In this document: in pieces, positions 60,746 to 64,000 of the stretch
Layout: each line of letters opens with the position of its first letter
How positions within the stretch are numbered: the first letter of the stretch is position 1
NCBI GenBank assembly: GCA_027451745.1
Contig: DAIDIP010000005.1
Coordinates: 61,505 to 125,504 of the forward strand
Length of the DNA: 64,000 bases
Reading direction: 5' to 3'
Origin: Candidatus Melainabacteria bacterium
GTDB lineage: Bacteria; Cyanobacteriota; Vampirovibrionia; Obscuribacterales; Obscuribacteraceae
Made by a program: the position numbers and the translations under genes
The notes under the pieces: generated by a model
Database searches by the model: none
What the model was told of the DNA's origin: nothing
Seen by the model: only the letters and a program-made list of their open reading frames with translations

Positions 60746-62014
60746 ATGCAAGCCAAGCGCAAAAAAGACAAATCTATGTTCCAAAAGCCATTGACCAAAA
60801 TCGGCATGGCTATATTGATTTTCACTTCAATTTCCTTATCTTCTTGTAGTCAACCAAATCCCAAACCTCAATCGGTTGTTCCGTCCAATGCCCCTAATCA
60901 GGTTAAGCTCTCTCCAGAAGCACTAGGTTCAGCCAATTTTGAAATACTCACTGTTAAATGCAGTCCTAATCATTTGAGTATTATGACCACAGGAGAAATA
61001 AGACCCGACGATAATCGCGTATTTCATATAAATTCTATTGTTGCCGGGCGCGTAATCAAAGAAAATGTCGTATTAGGAAAAGTTGTTAAATATAACGAAC
61101 CATTAGCTACCATTCAAAATCTTGAGGTCGCCCGCACTTATGGCGACTATATTCACCAGGCTCATCAAAATACTGTTGACACAGCTCAAGTAAAAGCGCG
61201 TCTTGATCTGGCAAAAAAAACTGTGCAGCGCCTCAATCGTTTAAATCAAGAAGGTATCGTTGCCGAAAAAGATTTGTTGTTAGCAGAGAATCAACAAAAA
61301 ATACTTGAAATTGATCTTAAAGGACTACAAGAACATCAAGCCCACATAAGAGCAGAGGCAAAAACCTTACTGGCAGCTTATGGTATATCTTTAGATGAAG
61401 AAGAGAAAAAAGGACTAGAACATATCAATTCAGGCAGTCCTTTAGTTGCTCCAAAAACCGGCGTCTTAATTCAAAAGAATGTTACCGTTGGTGATGTGGT
61501 TAATCCTAGTGAAATCCTTTATGTACTGGCCGATCTATCTCAGGTGTGGCTAAATATTGCTGTATATGACAAAGATCTAGAAAAAATAAAAGAAGGACAA
61601 ACAGTACGTTTTCGTAGTGACAGTTTACCAGGATCACTATTCACCGGCACAATAAGCTATATACAACCTGCTGCTGGCGACACTTCTAAAACTTTTTTAG
61701 CTCGTGCCGTTCTACCCAATCCCAATTTGATTCTCAAACCAGGAATGTTTGGTCAGGTTGAAATTTTTGCCAATGCCAGCAAAGAATTTCCTTATTTACC
61801 TGATAGCTCATTACAGAAATACCGAAATGAGAGTTTTGTTTTTGTTCAATTACCTGACGCTTCTTTTGAAAAACGCATTGTGGTTTTAGGAGATCGAATA
61901 AACGATGGCTATCTTATAGTTAAAGGCATCACTGCTGGTGAGCGAGTCGTAGGCAACGGCAGCTTCAAATTAAAATCCGAACTAATGAAATCCGACATAG
62001 GACAAGAAGACTGA
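60746..62014 (+). CDS. Efflux RND transporter periplasmic adaptor (MFP, CzcB/HlyD-like) lipoprotein
   Basis: Lipobox ISLSSCS, an alpha-hairpin coiled coil (AQVKARLDLAKKTVQRLNRLNQEG...), and beta-barrel motifs (PGMFGQVEI). It ends 3 nt before the RND gene. Confidence 0.85.
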   Translation: MQAKRKKDKSMFQKPLTKIGMAILIFTSISLSSCSQPNPKPQSVVPSNAPNQVKLSPEALGSANFEILTVKCSPNHLSIMTTGEIRPDDNRVFHINSIVAGRVIKENVVLGKVVKYNEPLATIQNLEVARTYGDYIHQAHQNTVDTAQVKARLDLAKKTVQRLNRLNQEGIVAEKDLLLAENQQKILEIDLKGLQEHQAHIRAEAKTLLAAYGISLDEEEKKGLEHINSGSPLVAPKTGVLIQKNVTVGDVVNPSEILYVLADLSQVWLNIAVYDKDLEKIKEGQTVRFRSDSLPGSLFTGTISYIQPAAGDTSKTFLARAVLPNPNLILKPGMFGQVEIFANASKEFPYLPDSSLQKYRNESFVFVQLPDASFEKRIVVLGDRINDGYLIVKGITAGERVVGNGSFKLKSELMKSDIGQED

Positions 62015-62017
62015 TAT

Positions 62018-64000
62018 ATGGAAGCAATAATTGCCAAAATCACTCGCCTTCGTTTTTTAATTTGTCTTCTGTTTGCAGTACTAATAGGCACAGGCACTTA
62101 CTGTCTTCTCAATATACCAATTGATGCTTTTCCTGATCTAACTAATAATCAGGTTCAAATCATTACTGAGGCACCTGGTATGGGCCCTGTTGAAGTAGAG
62201 CAACTAGTTACCATTCCCCTTGAATCAATTATGAATGGGCTACCATCAGTTAAACAAATTCGTTCTATTTCTAAATATGGACTTTCTGTTTTAACCGTTG
62301 TGTTTCCAGACAATTTAGGTCTTTATTTACCTCGACAACTAATTGCTGAGCGCATACAAACTGCCCATGGGCGCCTGCCTGAGAAAATTGAACCACAACT
62401 TGCCCCAATTAGTACGGCTCTTGGTGAAATCTATCAATATATTGTCGATGGTCCTAGTCACACTCCAACCGAACTTAAAACAGTTCAGGAATGGGATATC
62501 AAATATGCATTACGCAATGTTCCAGGTGTAGCCGAAGTCAATACCTGGGGTGGCTTAACCGATGAATATTTAGTGACAATCATCCCAGCAAAATTACAGC
62601 TTTATGGACTCACTATTCAAGATGTTTTGAACTCACTCAAAAATAACAATGATAATTTTGGCGCCGGCATAATCAATCATGAAAGCGAACAGTATATTGT
62701 CCGCGGGCTTGGCCGAGCCAATTCGGTTATTGACTTAGAAAACATTATCGTTAAATCTGATAACGGAGTACCGATATATATAAAAAATCTAGGCTATGTG
62801 AGCCATGGAGCCGCTTTAAGACAGGGGGCAGCAACTAGAGATGGGCTTGGTGAAACAGTTGTCGGCTTAGTAATGATGCTGAAAGGAGAAAATAGCCTTA
62901 AAGTCATTGGAAAAGTAAAAGAAAAAATTTCCGAAATCGCCAAACAATTGCCTGAAGGAATTAGTCTCAAACCTTTTTATGATCAAACAAAATTAGTTGA
63001 ACAAACCATAGATACAGTAAGAACTAATCTTCTTGAAGGTGGTTTTTTAGTTGTTCTCGTTTTGCTTCTTACTGTCGGTAATTTACGGGCCGCTCTAATT
63101 GTGGGCAGCATCATTCCCTTAGCCATGACATTTTCTTTTTTAGGCATGCATTCTCTAGCAGTCACTGCCAATATATTGAGTCTGGGCGCAATTGACTTTG
63201 GCATGATTGTTGATGGCTCTATTGTAATGGTTGAAAATATACTTCGTAATTTGAAGAATAAAGACCTGCATCATTTAAACAAGCAAGAAATAATCGAACA
63301 TTCTGTATCTGAAGTTGCACGCCCCATCTTTTTTGGCATATTGATCATCACTGTTGTTTACGTGCCGATTCTTTGTTTGGAAGGTATTGAATACAAAATG
63401 TTCTCACCAATGGTAGTAACAGTTTGTTCAGCCTTATTAGGCTCTCTTTTGTTGTCTCTTCTCTTAGTCCCTGTTTTATGCTTTTTCCTGCTTAAGCGTT
63501 ACACTGAAGAAAAAGAAACCTTTATTATCAGTAAAGTCAAACCAGTTTACAAGCATTTACTAGATCTCGCTCTTGCCAATAAACGTCTTACAGTACTTAT
63601 CGCCACTGGACTATTAGCTGTTAGCTTATTCTCTTTGCTGTTTATAGGAACTGAATTTGTTCCTAAACTCGACGAAGGCGACTTATTACTAGAAGTAAAA
63701 GAATTTCCCAGCATTTCATTACCAGCAGCCATAGACACTGCTACTCAAATTGAACAAATTATCAAAGAGTTTCCAGAAGTAAAAACTGTTGTTTCTCGCT
63801 TAGGAAGACCAGATCTAGCTACAGATCCAATGGGAGTATACGGCACAGATTGTTTTATAATTCTCCAACCAAAATCGTCATGGCCTTTCGGCATGACCAG
63901 AGAACGTTTGGTAGAAGGACTACGCAAAAAGCTCAATGAAACTATTACTGGCACTACTTTCAACTTCACTCAACCCATTGCTATGCGTGTAGACGAATTA
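62018..64000 (+). CDS. RND efflux permease of the heavy-metal (CzcA/CusA) type, 3'-partial; continues past the window end
   Basis: Hand translation from ATG 62018: MEAIIAKITRLRFLICLLF...IDAFPDLTNNQVQIITEAPGMGPVEVEQLVTIPLE..., ...APISTALGEIYQY..., ending ...FNFTQPIAMRVDEL at base 64000, with no stop met in the sections translated by hand. It is missing from the ORF track because it has no stop in the window. Confidence 0.9.
   Translation, partial: MEAIIAKITRLRFLICLLFAVLIGTGTYCLLNIPIDAFPDLTNNQVQIITEAPGMGPVEVEQLVTIPLESIMNGLPSVKQIRSISKYGLSVLTVVFPDNLGLYLPRQLIAERIQTAHGRLPEKIEPQLAPISTALGEIYQYIVDGPSHTPTELKTVQEWDIKYALRNVPGVAEVNTWGGLTDEYLVTIIPAKLQLYGLTIQDVLNSLKNNNDNFGAGIINHESEQYIVRGLGRANSVIDLENIIVKSDNGVPIYIKNLGYVSHGAALRQGAATRDGLGETVVGLVMMLKGENSLKVIGKVKEKISEIAKQLPEGISLKPFYDQTKLVEQTIDTVRTNLLEGGFLVVLVLLLTVGNLRAALIVGSIIPLAMTFSFLGMHSLAVTANILSLGAIDFGMIVDGSIVMVENILRNLKNKDLHHLNKQEIIEHSVSEVARPIFFGILIITVVYVPILCLEGIEYKMFSPMVVTVCSALLGSLLLSLLLVPVLCFFLLKRYTEEKETFIISKVKPVYKHLLDLALANKRLTVLIATGLLAVSLFSLLFIGTEFVPKLDEGDLLLEVKEFPSISLPAAIDTATQIEQIIKEFPEVKTVVSRLGRPDLATDPMGVYGTDCFIILQPKSSWPFGMTRERLVEGLRKKLNETITGTTFNFTQPIAMRVDEL

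Noticed and set aside
62343-62531. 62-aa track ORF at the start of the RND region
   Set aside because: It is out of frame with the clearly conserved CzcA/CusA-type reading frame that starts at 62018.

Overview
AT-rich, gene-dense chromosomal segment with about 57 protein-coding genes and one tRNA. I saw no rRNA, CRISPR array, transposase, integrase or phage genes.

Most of the content is core or envelope housekeeping:
- DNA, translation and metabolism: mutM, glutamate dehydrogenase, tilS, ftsH, an aldehyde dehydrogenase, pyrD, lysS, gyrA.
- Energy: atpD and atpC with a ClpP-like gene between them.
- Ion transport: a complete kdpFABC plus a kinase-less kdpD, and CAX, NhaP, UPF0016/Gdt1 and APC-type transporters.
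- Signalling: two c-di-GMP-type proteins, one orphan histidine kinase and one orphan OmpR regulator.
- Export: an ABC-2 exporter operon, and an MFP + CzcA/CusA-type RND pump that runs off the 3' edge and is absent from the ORF track.
- Envelope sugar enzymes, at least five TPR proteins and several secreted hypotheticals.

The gene content resembles cyanobacteria-related, non-photosynthetic lineages: a stand-alone atpD-atpC unit, truncated KdpD, a PATAN/DUF4388 protein and CAX/Gdt1 transporters. This placement is inference only.

I did not find a convincing self-contained novel multi-gene system. The best leads are:
1. A catalytically intact but N-terminally divergent ClpP paralog inside the atpD-atpC unit.
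2. A 52-bp tandem-duplicated module in a GC-rich, pyrimidine-skewed island between a TPR gene and the tRNA.
3. A class-2-type PyrD with Cys at the catalytic-base position.
4. KdpD lacking its kinase core, and an extra micro-ORF ahead of kdpF.
5. A decaying PIN toxin/antitoxin pair with a perfect operator palindrome.
6. A sialate-O-acetylesterase fusion protein translationally coupled to a DUF1292-like gene.

All family calls come from motif recognition by eye; no database search was run.
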